This document shows positions 1 through 10,487 of a stretch of DNA of 64,000 nt, piece after piece. The notes under the pieces were generated by a model. The model was given only the letters and a program-made list of their open reading frames with translations. It did no database searches and was not told the DNA's origin. Position 1 is the stretch's first letter. Each line of letters opens with the position of its first letter. Origin of the DNA: Candidatus Poribacteria bacterium (lineage in GTDB: Bacteria > Poribacteria > WGA-4E > WGA-3G); NCBI GenBank assembly GCA_965205025.1, contig CBDBFU010000012.1, forward strand, positions 384,001 through 448,000. Reading direction: 5' to 3'. The position numbers were made by a program, and so were the translations under genes.

Positions 1-1
1 A

Positions 2-154
2 AAGCAGATGGTGACTGATATATCGCAAAGGGTCAATCAATATTTATCAGAAAATGGAGACAACAGAACTGATAAAATTAACTATATACATGAAAAACTA
101 TCGCAATATTGGGATGCAGATATAGTTAGGCAAATCAGCAGCCAACTTAAGTGA
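2..154 (+). CDS. 3' end of an unidentified CDS entering from the left edge
   Basis: Open frame KQMVTDISQR...IVRQISSQLK* ending in TGA. It lacks the GQYL C-terminus of the proteasomal ATPase ARC/Mpa. Confidence 0.55.
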   Translation, partial: KQMVTDISQRVNQYLSENGDNRTDKINYIHEKLSQYWDADIVRQISSQLK

Positions 155-239
155 AGTTGTGTGTCTATTGTAAAACAACTTTCTACGACTATTGTTTGTG
201 GACTTGTATTTAGTTTTTTATTTTATGACGAAAGAGAAT

Positions 240-1727
240 ATGTCTGTACCAACGATTATCGGAACCGAAACAGAGTTCGGTATTTCTGTCAAGAATGCAC
301 GAGAACAAGATCCTATCGCAGCATCAACCTTAGTGGTTAATGCATATAAAAGTCGTAACTTAACATCGGTTTCATGGGATTATGAACAAGAAAGTCCATT
401 AACGGATGCAAGAGGGTATATTGCAGAAACAGGCACAATTCAAGTTGATGAAACAAATAATAATGTCATCAATGATATTCTAATCAACGGTGGAAGGTAC
501 TACGTTGATCATGCACATCCTGAATATTGTACTCCAGAATGTACAAATGCAAGAGATCTTGTAAAATATGAAAAAGCTGGAGAACTTATTTTAGAATTAA
601 GCCGTCTTACAGCAGAAGAACTCTTACTTGATAATCAAGAAATTATAATCTATAAGAATAATACTGATTATAAAGGTCATAGCTATGGTTCACATGAAAA
701 TTACTTGATGTCAAGACAAGTGCCATTCACGGATATTGTTGATGGACTTATTCCTTTTTTCGTTACACGGCAAGTCATCACAGGAAGCGGCAAAGTTGGA
801 GCTGAAAATGGTGCCGATGAAACAGAATATCAGATTTCACAAAGAGCAGATTTCTTTGAAAAAGAGGTTGGCTTGAGTACAATGGTCGAAAGACCATTGA
901 TCAATACAAGAGATGAACCACATGCTGATTCAAAAGAATATAGACGTTTACATGTAATTGTAGGCGATTCCAACATGTCTGAGTTTGCTATATATCTTAA
1001 GGTTGGAATAACATCTATTGTATTGCAGCTAATTGAGAAAGGAATAATAGGTAAGAAATTCTGTTTACAGAATCCTATAGCTGCTATCAAAACTATTTCT
1101 CGAGATCTATCTTGTAATGAAGAAATCGAACTCAAAGATGGACGTAAATGGAGTGCTTTAGAAATACTGCAAGAATATCTTACTCTTGCTCATCAACATC
1201 TCACTCAGGATGAACGGACACCAATCGTAGAGGATATATTAGAAAAATGGGATTTTGTATTACAGAGTCTTAAAACAGATCCTATGAGTATGGGACAATA
1301 TTTGGACTGGGTAATAAAGAAAAAGTTAATTGATGCTTATATTGAAAGACATGGTTTTGACTGGACAGATTCACGAATTCGAATGCTTGACCTACAGTAT
1401 CATGACACACGTCCTGAAAAAGGTCTCTATGCAAGATTACAGAAAAATGGACATGTAAAACGTATTGTTACACATGAAGAAATAGTTAATGCAATTTCCC
1501 ATCCTCCTATGGATACACGGGCATTTTTTCGAGGTACATGCCTTAGGAAGTTTGGTAATGATATACATAGTGCAAGTTGGAACTCTATCATATTTAATGG
1601 TCCAACAGGTTTTGATAAGATTATGATGGATCGTCCACATTTTGGCACTCATGAAATAGTTGGAGAACTGTTAAACACTTGTACGGTCGTTGAACTTGTA
1701 AACAAGATTAAAGCTGACTGTAATTAA
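240..1727 (+). CDS. dop: Pup deamidase/depupylase Dop (start more likely ATG 240 than TTG 192)
   Basis: GTETEFGI, NGGRYYVDHAHPEY, KNNTDYKGHSYGSHENY, RDEPHAD and RLHVIVGDSN motifs; lies directly upstream of pup. Confidence 0.93.
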   Translation: MSVPTIIGTETEFGISVKNAREQDPIAASTLVVNAYKSRNLTSVSWDYEQESPLTDARGYIAETGTIQVDETNNNVINDILINGGRYYVDHAHPEYCTPECTNARDLVKYEKAGELILELSRLTAEELLLDNQEIIIYKNNTDYKGHSYGSHENYLMSRQVPFTDIVDGLIPFFVTRQVITGSGKVGAENGADETEYQISQRADFFEKEVGLSTMVERPLINTRDEPHADSKEYRRLHVIVGDSNMSEFAIYLKVGITSIVLQLIEKGIIGKKFCLQNPIAAIKTISRDLSCNEEIELKDGRKWSALEILQEYLTLAHQHLTQDERTPIVEDILEKWDFVLQSLKTDPMSMGQYLDWVIKKKLIDAYIERHGFDWTDSRIRMLDLQYHDTRPEKGLYARLQKNGHVKRIVTHEEIVNAISHPPMDTRAFFRGTCLRKFGNDIHSASWNSIIFNGPTGFDKIMMDRPHFGTHEIVGELLNTCTVVELVNKIKADCN

Positions 1728-1819
1728 ATAGATAATTATCAGTCTTCGGTATTGTTTTTCCTATATATATATATTATGTAAACAGGTTTTATTTATACTA
1801 CTTATAGAAGGAGCACGAC

Positions 1820-2017
1820 ATGCCAAGCGAAAAACAGCAAGAATACAGAGATCATCCTATGAATGAAAATGAGGAGATCCAAACAAATCCAGAACTTGAT
1901 GAAACTGTTGATGAATTAACAGATGATTTAGAAACACTTCTTGATGAAATAGATGAGATTTTGGAAGAAGATTCTGAAGAATTCGTTGAGAACTTTATCC
2001 AACGTGGAGGACAATAG
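1820..2017 (+). CDS. pup: Prokaryotic ubiquitin-like protein Pup (C-terminal GGQ)
   Basis: Acidic 65-aa protein ending LLDEIDEILEEDSEEFVENFIQRGGQ, matching the Pup C-terminus. AAGGAG RBS; sits between dop and prcB. Confidence 0.93.
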   Translation: MPSEKQQEYRDHPMNENEEIQTNPELDETVDELTDDLETLLDEIDEILEEDSEEFVENFIQRGGQ

Positions 2018-2019
2018 GA

Positions 2020-2811
2020 TTGCTGAAACTCCGTGACTTTGAATCTACCGATTTTTTTGAAATATTGAAAGACCGGCATCCTGATAAATTGGGTGATTGG
2101 TCACGACTCACCGGAACATACGATTCTAACAACCATAATTTTCTTGAAGGGACGACAGTACTTGCCATAGTCTATAAGGATGGTGTAATAATGGCAGGCG
2201 ATCGTCAAGCCACAGAAGGTTATCAGGTCGGTGAACGCCGTATACAAAAAGTCTATAAAATCGATAGACATTCCGCTATTGCAGTCGCGGGCGTAGCAGG
2301 ACCATGCATTGAAATAGCAAAACTATTTCAAGTACAGATTGAATTCTATGAAAAAATAGAAGGTGTACCCTTAAGTCTTGATGGACAAGCAAACTATCTC
2401 TCAAGCCTTGTCAGGTCCAATCTAAGCTTAGCCATGCAAGGATTAATTGTTTTACCCCTTTTTTCTGGGTATGACTTAAAAAATAATGTTGGTAGGATAT
2501 TTAAGTATGACGCACTTGGTGGTCGATATGAAGAAGACACCTATTATGCTATCGGATCTGGTGGAAAAGATGCTCGTTCCACATTTAAGAAACTATATCA
2601 AACTGATCTTGATAAGGAAACTGCACTAAGAATTGCAGTTGAAGCATTATGGGATGCTGCTGATGAAGATATTGCTACTGGTGGTCCAGATTTAATCCGG
2701 AAAATCTTTCCTACATTCACCATTATTACAAAAGAGGGTGTATCTGAAGTGCCAGAAGATACAATTGGTGAATTATTTCAAGACCTTATCTCAAGATTAG
2801 TACAATCTTAA
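2020..2811 (+). CDS. prcB: 20S proteasome beta subunit
   Basis: Propeptide then EG|TTVLA (Thr1 nucleophile), AGDRQAT, GSGG and DIATGG motifs. Confidence 0.95.
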   Translation: MLKLRDFESTDFFEILKDRHPDKLGDWSRLTGTYDSNNHNFLEGTTVLAIVYKDGVIMAGDRQATEGYQVGERRIQKVYKIDRHSAIAVAGVAGPCIEIAKLFQVQIEFYEKIEGVPLSLDGQANYLSSLVRSNLSLAMQGLIVLPLFSGYDLKNNVGRIFKYDALGGRYEEDTYYAIGSGGKDARSTFKKLYQTDLDKETALRIAVEALWDAADEDIATGGPDLIRKIFPTFTIITKEGVSEVPEDTIGELFQDLISRLVQS

Positions 2812-2847
2812 TCCTATTGTTAGAAAAAATTATATCATAGGAGAAAA

Positions 2848-3558
2848 ATGTCCACACCCTATTACGTTTCACCTGATCAAATTTGGGAAGATAAGAAGGA
2901 TTTTGTCAATCGAGGTATTGAACAGGCTAAGGAGGTAATTGTTTTAGAGTATAAGAATGGATTACTCATGGTTGCTGAAAATCCAAGAAAAACGATATTT
3001 AAAATGTCTGAAATTTATGACAGAATCGCACTCGCATCTACAGGCAGGGTCTCTGAATATGAGGCTTTACGAGTTGCGGGGATACGGGAAGCTGAGATAA
3101 AAGGCTATACCTATTACCGTGAGGACGTGACTGGAAAATGGCTGACCAATTTATACTCACAGCACATGAGTGCGATTGCACAAGCATGGGATACAAAACC
3201 TCTTGAGATTGAACTTCTGGTCTGCGAAATTGATGGACTTTCTTCTGTTAGAAGTCAGATTTATAAGATTACATTTGATGGCACCTATGAAGAAAAAGAA
3301 AGATTTGCTGCTATTGGTGGAAAAGCCGATTCTATTCTTGAGTTTCTTGAAAATACATATCAGGAAGGATTAGATATTAAAGACGCTATTCAACTGGCTA
3401 CAAATACTCTTGAATCCATTGAGGTTGATACTCCTAATTCTTATGAGATTAATCCAAATACTATAGAAATTGCCTGTCTTGATGCTACTTTAGATCGTCG
3501 TAAATTTCACAGATTTACTATTCAAGAAATAGATGAGATTTTAGGAAATGCATCGTAG
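2848..3558 (+). CDS. prcA: 20S proteasome alpha subunit
   Basis: Actinobacterial-type N-terminus PYYVSPDQ..RGI, KMSEIYDRIA, YKITFDG; follows prcB. Confidence 0.93.
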   Translation: MSTPYYVSPDQIWEDKKDFVNRGIEQAKEVIVLEYKNGLLMVAENPRKTIFKMSEIYDRIALASTGRVSEYEALRVAGIREAEIKGYTYYREDVTGKWLTNLYSQHMSAIAQAWDTKPLEIELLVCEIDGLSSVRSQIYKITFDGTYEEKERFAAIGGKADSILEFLENTYQEGLDIKDAIQLATNTLESIEVDTPNSYEINPNTIEIACLDATLDRRKFHRFTIQEIDEILGNAS

Positions 3559-4909
3559 AATATATGGATTAGAAACCGAATACGGTATCATCTGTACACC
3601 GGAAAAAAATAAAGGAAAAAAACTCACTGTACAGAATGTCGTCATGTATCTTTTCAGAGAGATAATTTCTGGACGAATGTACCCAGATGTATTTCTTGAA
3701 AACGGGGCACGGTTTTATCAAGATATCGGCTGTCATCCTGAATATGCAACTCCAGAATGTGATGATGTTGTTGAATTAGTCGCACATGATAAAGCAGGTG
3801 AAAGAATCGTTACTCGTTTGGCTACCACCGCTGAACGGAGAATGCGTACAGATGGTTTTCGCGGAAAGATTTCCATCTTTAAAAATAACCTTGACACTGT
3901 TGGAAATACATACGGGTGCCATGAGAATTATCTTATGGAACGTGAGAAAGTAAGTTTCCGACAATTAGCCTCCCAATTAATTCCTTTTTTTGTTACACGT
4001 CAAATATATACTGGAGCCGGTAAGGTCAGACATAGTGACCAAGGCTTCTATGAAATTTCTCAACGTGCACAGCACATACGAGAAGAAATTTCTATTGCTA
4101 CAACTACTGCTCGAGGAATTATCAATACGCGGGATGAACCACATGCTGACAGAGAAAAATATCGTAGATTACATGTTATTGTTGGTGATTCCAACATGTC
4201 TGAGTTGGCAAACCTATTGAAAGTTGGTACAACAGGAATAGTTCTCAGAATGATTGAAGATCATTTCATTAATGAGCAATTTGCACTGCGAAATTCTGTA
4301 CAAGCCATACATGAAATATCTGAAGATACAACCTGTAAATGTCTTATCGAACTTGATAACGGAAAACGACTGTCAGCAGTTGAATTACAATGGTTATATT
4401 TTGAAACTGCAAAACGATATTTAGAACAAGCTGAATCAGATCCAACTACAGATGAGGTTATGAAACGTTGGGAATACGTTATGACTCGACTTGAAAAAGA
4501 TCCGAGGTTATTAGATAGAGAACTTGATTGGGTAATAAAGAGAAAATGGTTGGAAACTTATGTGAAACACCGTTCATTGAATTGGAACTCTGCAGAGGTA
4601 AGAAGGGTAGATTTAGAATATCACAATATCCGACAAGATGTTGGTCTGTTTTATAAAGCTGAAAAGAAGGGGTTAACAGAGAGAATATTGGATGATGCAC
4701 AAATAAGACAAGCAATGCATTCACCACCAGAGCGTACTCGTGCAAAGTTTCGCGGTAGATTCATCAAACTCGTAAACAATGGAAAGGTATTATGTGGTGT
4801 AAATTGGAGCTATATACAATTATATGAACCTTATCAGAAGTTATATTTATCTACCGATCCACTTGAACCAGAGTTTGAAGAAGCAAGCCGTATGATTTAT
4901 TCTATTTAG
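3548..4909 (+). CDS. pafA: Pup-protein ligase PafA
   Basis: RRIYGLETEYG, FLENGARFYQDIGCHPEYATPEC, KNNLD..GNTYGCHENY and ATTTARGIINTRDEPHAD motifs. Confidence 0.93.
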   Translation: MHRRIYGLETEYGIICTPEKNKGKKLTVQNVVMYLFREIISGRMYPDVFLENGARFYQDIGCHPEYATPECDDVVELVAHDKAGERIVTRLATTAERRMRTDGFRGKISIFKNNLDTVGNTYGCHENYLMEREKVSFRQLASQLIPFFVTRQIYTGAGKVRHSDQGFYEISQRAQHIREEISIATTTARGIINTRDEPHADREKYRRLHVIVGDSNMSELANLLKVGTTGIVLRMIEDHFINEQFALRNSVQAIHEISEDTTCKCLIELDNGKRLSAVELQWLYFETAKRYLEQAESDPTTDEVMKRWEYVMTRLEKDPRLLDRELDWVIKRKWLETYVKHRSLNWNSAEVRRVDLEYHNIRQDVGLFYKAEKKGLTERILDDAQIRQAMHSPPERTRAKFRGRFIKLVNNGKVLCGVNWSYIQLYEPYQKLYLSTDPLEPEFEEASRMIYSI

Positions 4910-5039
4910 TCCTAAGACATTTGACTATAAAATTACTATTCGTTATTTTACCATACTACAATAAAAATCAAATGCCAACCCTGACACGCAATTCAAGGTA
5001 CACTTCAATGAAAATATCAGTGAATTATCGGAGGAATCC

Positions 5040-5630
5040 ATGGCTACTTCTGCAGCGCAAACACACCTTACACCTGAAGAATATATTACTTTAGAACGCA
5101 AGGCGATACCAGACGCAGAAAAAATAAGAAGTGAATATGTTAATGGTAAAATAATTGGTATGTCAGGAGCAAGTCGAGAACACAATCTTATTACCAGTAA
5201 TATATCTGGTGAACTTCGTAATCTGCTAAAAGGTACTGAATGTGAAACTTACGCCAACGAAATGCGCGTGAGCACACCCAGTACTTCATCCTATTTCTAT
5301 CCTGATATCGTTGTCGTTTGTGATGAACCACGTTTTGAAGATGATGTCTTTGATATACTCCTTAATCCAATTATTCTCGTTGAAGTTTTGTCCCCTTCAA
5401 CAGAGGTTTATGATCGCGGTGAAAAATTTAGTCACTACCGGCTGTTACCATCTTTACAGGAATACATCCTCGTAGCACAAGACAGGATTTGTGTTGAAAT
5501 CTTCCGACGTCGAGAAGACAATTGGATTCTTACCGATATCCAAAACCTTGAAGAACACCTACCACTGCTCTCAGTCCAATCTGAACTCCACTTACGTGAG
5601 ATTTATGATCGCGTAACATTTCCTGAGTAA
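5040..5630 (+). CDS. Uma2 family (DUF820) PD-(D/E)XK endonuclease-fold protein
   Basis: EYVNG..MSGASREH, YPDIVVVC and VEVLSPST..DRGEK motifs. Confidence 0.9.
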   Translation: MATSAAQTHLTPEEYITLERKAIPDAEKIRSEYVNGKIIGMSGASREHNLITSNISGELRNLLKGTECETYANEMRVSTPSTSSYFYPDIVVVCDEPRFEDDVFDILLNPIILVEVLSPSTEVYDRGEKFSHYRLLPSLQEYILVAQDRICVEIFRRREDNWILTDIQNLEEHLPLLSVQSELHLREIYDRVTFPE

Positions 5631-5734
5631 GACAATCAAATATCAACGGTATATTTGCAGGGGTTATATAAAAGTCTTAAGTTTTGACGATTTTAATTAA
5701 GTCAACACTCATGTCTATTTCAATCCTGTTTTCT

Positions 5735-5763
5735 TTGACTTTTTCGGAGTAGTACTATATAAT
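5735..5763 (+). promoter_or_regulatory. sigma70-type promoter of ppdK
   Basis: TTGACT-N17-TATAAT, about 120 bp upstream of the ATG. Confidence 0.65.
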
Positions 5764-5880
5764 TTTATCCGAAGAGTGACCATATATTTTGTATTATACC
5801 ATTAGAGGATGTAAAACGAGAATAACATAGTAAATAACTACAGTATCAATTATACAATAATCTCGAATTAGGAGTATTTA

Positions 5881-8514
5881 ATGAGTCAACCGAAGTATGT
5901 ATACTTCTTTGGAGGTACTGAGAGTGATGGTGATGCAACCATGCGCACCTTACTCGGTGGTAAAGGGGCGAACCTTGCAGAGATGTCTAATCTCGGAGTT
6001 CCTGTCCCACCAGGATTCACTATCTCCACTGAAGTATGTAAATTCTATTATGAGAATGACCAAAGGTATCCAGTAGGACTTGATGAACAGATCACAGAAA
6101 ATCTAAATAAATTAGAAAGTGCTTTAGGGGTGAAATTCGGAGATACAGAAGATCCTCTTCTTGTTTCTGTCCGTTCAGGTGCAGCAGTTTCAATGCCGGG
6201 AATGATGGATACAATTCTAAATCTCGGCCTAAATGATGACGCGGTAAAGGGACTGATAGCTAAATCTGAAAATGAACGGTTTTCCTATGATGCATATCGA
6301 CGTTTTGTACAAATGTTCGGAAATGTTGTCCTTAATGTTGATCATGATGAATTTGAACATTTACTCGAAGAAAAGAAAAAAGGAAAAGGTGTTACTTTAG
6401 ATACAGAACTTGATGCATCCGACTTATCTGAACTTGTAAAAGAATTCAAAAGTATTATCAAACAAAGAACTGGTAACGATTTTCCTGATAACCCCAGAAT
6501 GCAATTAGATATGGCAAGGGATGCTGTATTTCAATCTTCAGGTAACCCAAGAGCAATTACATATCGACGTCTTAACGATATTTCTGAAGAACTGGGTAGA
6601 ACAGCTGTAAATATTCAGGCTATGGTTTTTGGCAATATGGGTGGAAGTTCTGGAACTGGAGTAGCATTTACAAGAAATCCTTCTACCGGTGCCAATCAGT
6701 TTTATGGTGAATTCTTAATGAATGCACAAGGTGAAGATGTAGTTGCGGGTATTCGAACCCCTTTACCAATATCAGAATTACAGAATATTTCACCAAATGC
6801 ATACAATGAATTAGTTGAAATCGGACTAAGACTTGAAAAACACTATAAAGATATGCAGGATGTAGAGTTTACTATTCAGGATGGAATACTCTATATGCTC
6901 CAAACAAGAAATGGAAAACGTACGGGGCAAGCTGCTGTTAGAATTGCGGTTGAAATGGTTGAAGAGGGTCTAATTGATAAACCTACTGCTATCACCCGTG
7001 TACCAGCGAACGATCTTGATCAATTACTACATCCAAGTGTTGATCCTGATGCACATGTTGAAGTAGTTGCACAAGGTTTACCTGCTTCCCCTGGTGCAGC
7101 GTTAGGTAAAGTCGTTTTCACAGCACTTCGTGCTGAAGAACTCGCTGCAAAAGGAGAGAAAGTTATACTTGTACGCACAGAAACATCTCCTGAAGATATT
7201 GGTGGTATGGATGCAGCTGAAGGTATTCTTACTGCCAGAGGTGGTATGACAAGTCATGCAGCTGTAGTTGCACGAGGTATGGGGAAATGTTGTGTAGCGG
7301 GTTGTTCCGATCTCTTCATAAATGAAGAAGCGTTGGAGTTCTATGCAAGTGGTAAACGGTATGCCGAAGGGGATTACATCACACTCAATGGTTCTACTGG
7401 AGATGTACTTAGTGGACAAGTATCCCTCATACAACCTGAATTGAGCGGACAATTCGGTATTCTCATGGATTGGGCAGACGAGGTTAGGTCGCTTGATGTA
7501 CGAACAAATGCCGATACACCAGAAGATGCGAAAAACGCAAGACAGTTTGGGGCAGAAGGTATTGGACTCTGTAGAACAGAGCACATGTTCTTTGGTACTG
7601 GAATTGATGCCGTTCGAGAGATGATACTTGCAGATGATACAGATGAACGGAAAAAAGCATTAGCAAAATTGTTATCCCACCAACGCACTGATTTCATTGG
7701 AATTTTTGAAGCAATGTCCGGTTATCCTGTGACAATCCGAACCCTTGATCCCCCTTTACACGAATTTTTACCAAAGAATGAGTCCGAAATAGCAGATCTC
7801 GCTGAACGGCTTAAGGTTGACCCCCAAAAACTCACTGAAAGGGTTGAAGAATTACATGAATTCAATCCAATGCTCGGTCATCGAGGTTGTAGACTTGGTA
7901 TCGTCTATCCAGAAATTACTGAGATGCAAGCACGTGCAATTTTTGAGGCTGCAGTCGATGTAAAAAAACGCGGAGTTGAGGTTCTACCTGAAATTATGAT
8001 TCCACTTGTTGGACATATTAACGAATTCTCACTACAAAAGAAAGTCGTCGTTGATACAGCAGAGGAAGTGTTTGCAGAGACAAATACTCGTTTAGATTAC
8101 TTAGTCGGTACGATGATTGAATTGCCACGGGCTGCATTAACTGCTGATAAGATTGCTGCTGAAGCAGAATTCTTCTCATACGGTACAAATGATCTAACCC
8201 AGACCACTTTCGGAATGAGTCGTGATGATGCCGTCAAGTTTCTTGATGATTATGTTAAGAACGGTGTCCTTGAATACGATCCATTCCAAATACTTGATCA
8301 GGAAGGGGTTGGAAGTCTCTTAGAAATTGGTACAGAAAAAGGACGAACAGCAAGGGCTGATCTTAAGGTAGGTATTTGTGGTGAACATGGAGGTGAACCG
8401 AACTCTGTCAAATTCTGCTATGGATTAGACTTCAATTACGTTTCTTGCTCACCGTTCCGTGTACCGATCGCTCGTCTTGCTGCAGCACAGGCTGTGATTG
8501 AAGGGAAAGCGTAA
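5881..8514 (+). CDS. ppdK: Pyruvate, phosphate dikinase
   Basis: LGGKGANLAEM, SVRSGA, GGMTSHAAVVARG (phospho-His), GLCRTEHMF and GICGEHGG motifs; 877 aa. Confidence 0.97.
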   Translation: MSQPKYVYFFGGTESDGDATMRTLLGGKGANLAEMSNLGVPVPPGFTISTEVCKFYYENDQRYPVGLDEQITENLNKLESALGVKFGDTEDPLLVSVRSGAAVSMPGMMDTILNLGLNDDAVKGLIAKSENERFSYDAYRRFVQMFGNVVLNVDHDEFEHLLEEKKKGKGVTLDTELDASDLSELVKEFKSIIKQRTGNDFPDNPRMQLDMARDAVFQSSGNPRAITYRRLNDISEELGRTAVNIQAMVFGNMGGSSGTGVAFTRNPSTGANQFYGEFLMNAQGEDVVAGIRTPLPISELQNISPNAYNELVEIGLRLEKHYKDMQDVEFTIQDGILYMLQTRNGKRTGQAAVRIAVEMVEEGLIDKPTAITRVPANDLDQLLHPSVDPDAHVEVVAQGLPASPGAALGKVVFTALRAEELAAKGEKVILVRTETSPEDIGGMDAAEGILTARGGMTSHAAVVARGMGKCCVAGCSDLFINEEALEFYASGKRYAEGDYITLNGSTGDVLSGQVSLIQPELSGQFGILMDWADEVRSLDVRTNADTPEDAKNARQFGAEGIGLCRTEHMFFGTGIDAVREMILADDTDERKKALAKLLSHQRTDFIGIFEAMSGYPVTIRTLDPPLHEFLPKNESEIADLAERLKVDPQKLTERVEELHEFNPMLGHRGCRLGIVYPEITEMQARAIFEAAVDVKKRGVEVLPEIMIPLVGHINEFSLQKKVVVDTAEEVFAETNTRLDYLVGTMIELPRAALTADKIAAEAEFFSYGTNDLTQTTFGMSRDDAVKFLDDYVKNGVLEYDPFQILDQEGVGSLLEIGTEKGRTARADLKVGICGEHGGEPNSVKFCYGLDFNYVSCSPFRVPIARLAAAQAVIEGKA

Positions 8515-8538
8515 GTATACAGTATAGTTTTTTGAAAA

Positions 8539-8575
8539 TATAGGCGTGTGTGCTGTGTAAGTGTGCACGCCTATA
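8539..8575 (+). terminator. Hairpin downstream of ppdK (possible terminator)
   Basis: TATAGGCGTG...CACGCCTATA stem 25 bp after the stop codon; no strong U-tract. Confidence 0.5.
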
Positions 8576-8684
8576 CTATTGCAACTTTGCAAATGAAAAG
8601 CAGTTGAATTCTATAAGCAGACTGTGGTAAATTGTCAATAGTAGATAGAAAATCTGATAGATAAATAATCACAGGAGAAATAAA

Positions 8685-9254
8685 ATGGATACCCAAGAAG
8701 TTCATAAAATCACACCAGATAGTCTTCCTCCAGAAATTCCCAAGATGACTTTGGAGGAATTCTTGGAAAGCGATTTAGAGGGATATGAGTACATTAAAGG
8801 AAAATTATTACCTATGCCGCCTACCTCATTGGAACACAGTTTCATTAGTGTAAACTTAATTTTGCTCTTGGGCACGTATGTTCGTGAAAAAAATATTGGA
8901 TGTATCTCAGTTTCAAGCACAGGTTTTCAGGTAGGTGAACGTGTACTCATACCTGATATAGCGTTTCTTTCTAACTCTCACATTCCAGATAATATTAGCA
9001 AGTCATCGCCAATCCCACCAGATCTTGCCATTGAAGTAGTCTCCCCCACAGATGCATCATCCAAAGTTGAAGAAAAGGCTTTCGCCTATCTTGAGGCAGG
9101 GACGCAGTTGGTGTGGGTACTAAAACCTCTATCCAAAACGGTAACTGTCTATCGTTCAGAAACAGAAATCACACTGTTAACGCAGAATGACATTCTTTGT
9201 GGTGAAGATGTAGTAGATGGATTTACTTGTCAGGTGGCAGAACTTTTTGAATAG
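8685..9254 (+). CDS. Uma2 family protein (tandem copy 1)
   Basis: YEYIKG, IPDIAF, PPDLAIEVVSP and YLEAGTQLVW motifs. Confidence 0.9.
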   Translation: MDTQEVHKITPDSLPPEIPKMTLEEFLESDLEGYEYIKGKLLPMPPTSLEHSFISVNLILLLGTYVREKNIGCISVSSTGFQVGERVLIPDIAFLSNSHIPDNISKSSPIPPDLAIEVVSPTDASSKVEEKAFAYLEAGTQLVWVLKPLSKTVTVYRSETEITLLTQNDILCGEDVVDGFTCQVAELFE

Positions 9255-9368
9255 AGTTTTATGAACAGATAAAAATTGTCCAACTATAGCAAGTAGAATG
9301 TTATTATGATAAATTGAATTCTAAAAGAGTGTAGAGAAGAACATTACAACACATCAAGGAGAAATGAA

Positions 9369-9938
9369 ATGGATGCCCATGAAGTTCATCAAATCACACC
9401 AGATAGTCTTCCTCCAGAAATTCCCAAGATGACTTTGGAGGAATTCCTGGAAAGCGATTTAGAGGGGTATGAATACATAAAAGGAGAATTAATTCCCATG
9501 GCACCAACATCGGCGGAACACGGCTACATTAGTGCGAACCTAAGTTCCCTGTTACACATGTATGTTCGTGAAAACCAACTGGGACGTGTTCTTATATCTG
9601 ATACAGGATTCAAAGTCGGCGAAAGGTTCTTGATTCCTGATATTGCTTTTATTTCAACTGACCGACTTCCAGCTGACCGAAGCAAAGCATTTCCAGTGCC
9701 ACCAGACCTTGCAGTTGAAATTGCTTCTCCATCAGACACTTTTCACCGAATTCAAGAAAAGGTGTTTGCATATCTTGATGAAGGCACACAGTTGGTATGG
9801 ATGATCGCACCCCGAGACAAAACGGTAACTGTCTATCGTTCTGAAACGGTCATCACATTGTTAACGCAGAATGACATTCTTAGCGGTGAAGATGTAGTAG
9901 AAAGATTTACTTGTCAGGTGGCAGAACTTTTTGAATAG
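9369..9938 (+). CDS. Uma2 family protein (tandem copy 2)
   Basis: Paralog of 8685-9254 with the same length and motifs. Confidence 0.9.
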   Translation: MDAHEVHQITPDSLPPEIPKMTLEEFLESDLEGYEYIKGELIPMAPTSAEHGYISANLSSLLHMYVRENQLGRVLISDTGFKVGERFLIPDIAFISTDRLPADRSKAFPVPPDLAVEIASPSDTFHRIQEKVFAYLDEGTQLVWMIAPRDKTVTVYRSETVITLLTQNDILSGEDVVERFTCQVAELFE

Positions 9939-9970
9939 AGTCTCATTAAACGCTTAGAAAGGATAACACA

Positions 9971-10420
9971 ATGTTAATCGCAGATGTAAATAAAATGGAT
10001 GGTAGGACATATCCTGCTCGTAGACTAACCAGAAATCTTGTAGGGGGCGCGTCTCCCATTCATATAGACGAATTCTCCATGGGGTTTGTTGTATTAGAAC
10101 CAAATGGAGGACAAGTTCCATGGCACAATCATGTTCAGGAAGAAATATACTTCATTGTTGAAGGTGAAGGTGAAATGTGTCTTGGCGAAGAACGACAAAC
10201 CCTCTCGACAGGGCAAATAGTATTCATACCTTCAAATGTATTTCATCAGTTAACGAATACAAGCGATACCCCTATGAAGATGGTCTATGCTTATGGACCT
10301 GCTGGGGATGTAGATCATTGGAAACAAGAACTTGCCGGTACATTACCAAAAGCAGGGATTGACGTTCCACCCCTTCCAGATGGTGCTTCCCCACAATGTA
10401 CTGATCCTCCAAGAGAATAA
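9971..10420 (+). CDS. Cupin domain protein
   Basis: PWHNHVQEEIYFIVEGEG and IPSNVFHQL cupin motifs. Confidence 0.85.
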   Translation: MLIADVNKMDGRTYPARRLTRNLVGGASPIHIDEFSMGFVVLEPNGGQVPWHNHVQEEIYFIVEGEGEMCLGEERQTLSTGQIVFIPSNVFHQLTNTSDTPMKMVYAYGPAGDVDHWKQELAGTLPKAGIDVPPLPDGASPQCTDPPRE

Positions 10421-10487
10421 TATCAATCTAATTGAAGTCTTATTCTAAATACAAACACATTTCTTAATCCCGATTGAAGGATTTTAT

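Noticed and set aside
1820-2017. UBact rather than Pup
   Set aside because: The C-terminal LLDEIDEILEE..EEFV..FIQRGGQ matches Pup, not the UBact YRQRxG(E/Q) pattern.
8685-9938. Diversity-generating retroelement TR/VR pair
   Set aside because: Both copies are full ORFs, differences are not confined to adenines, and there is no reverse transcriptase.
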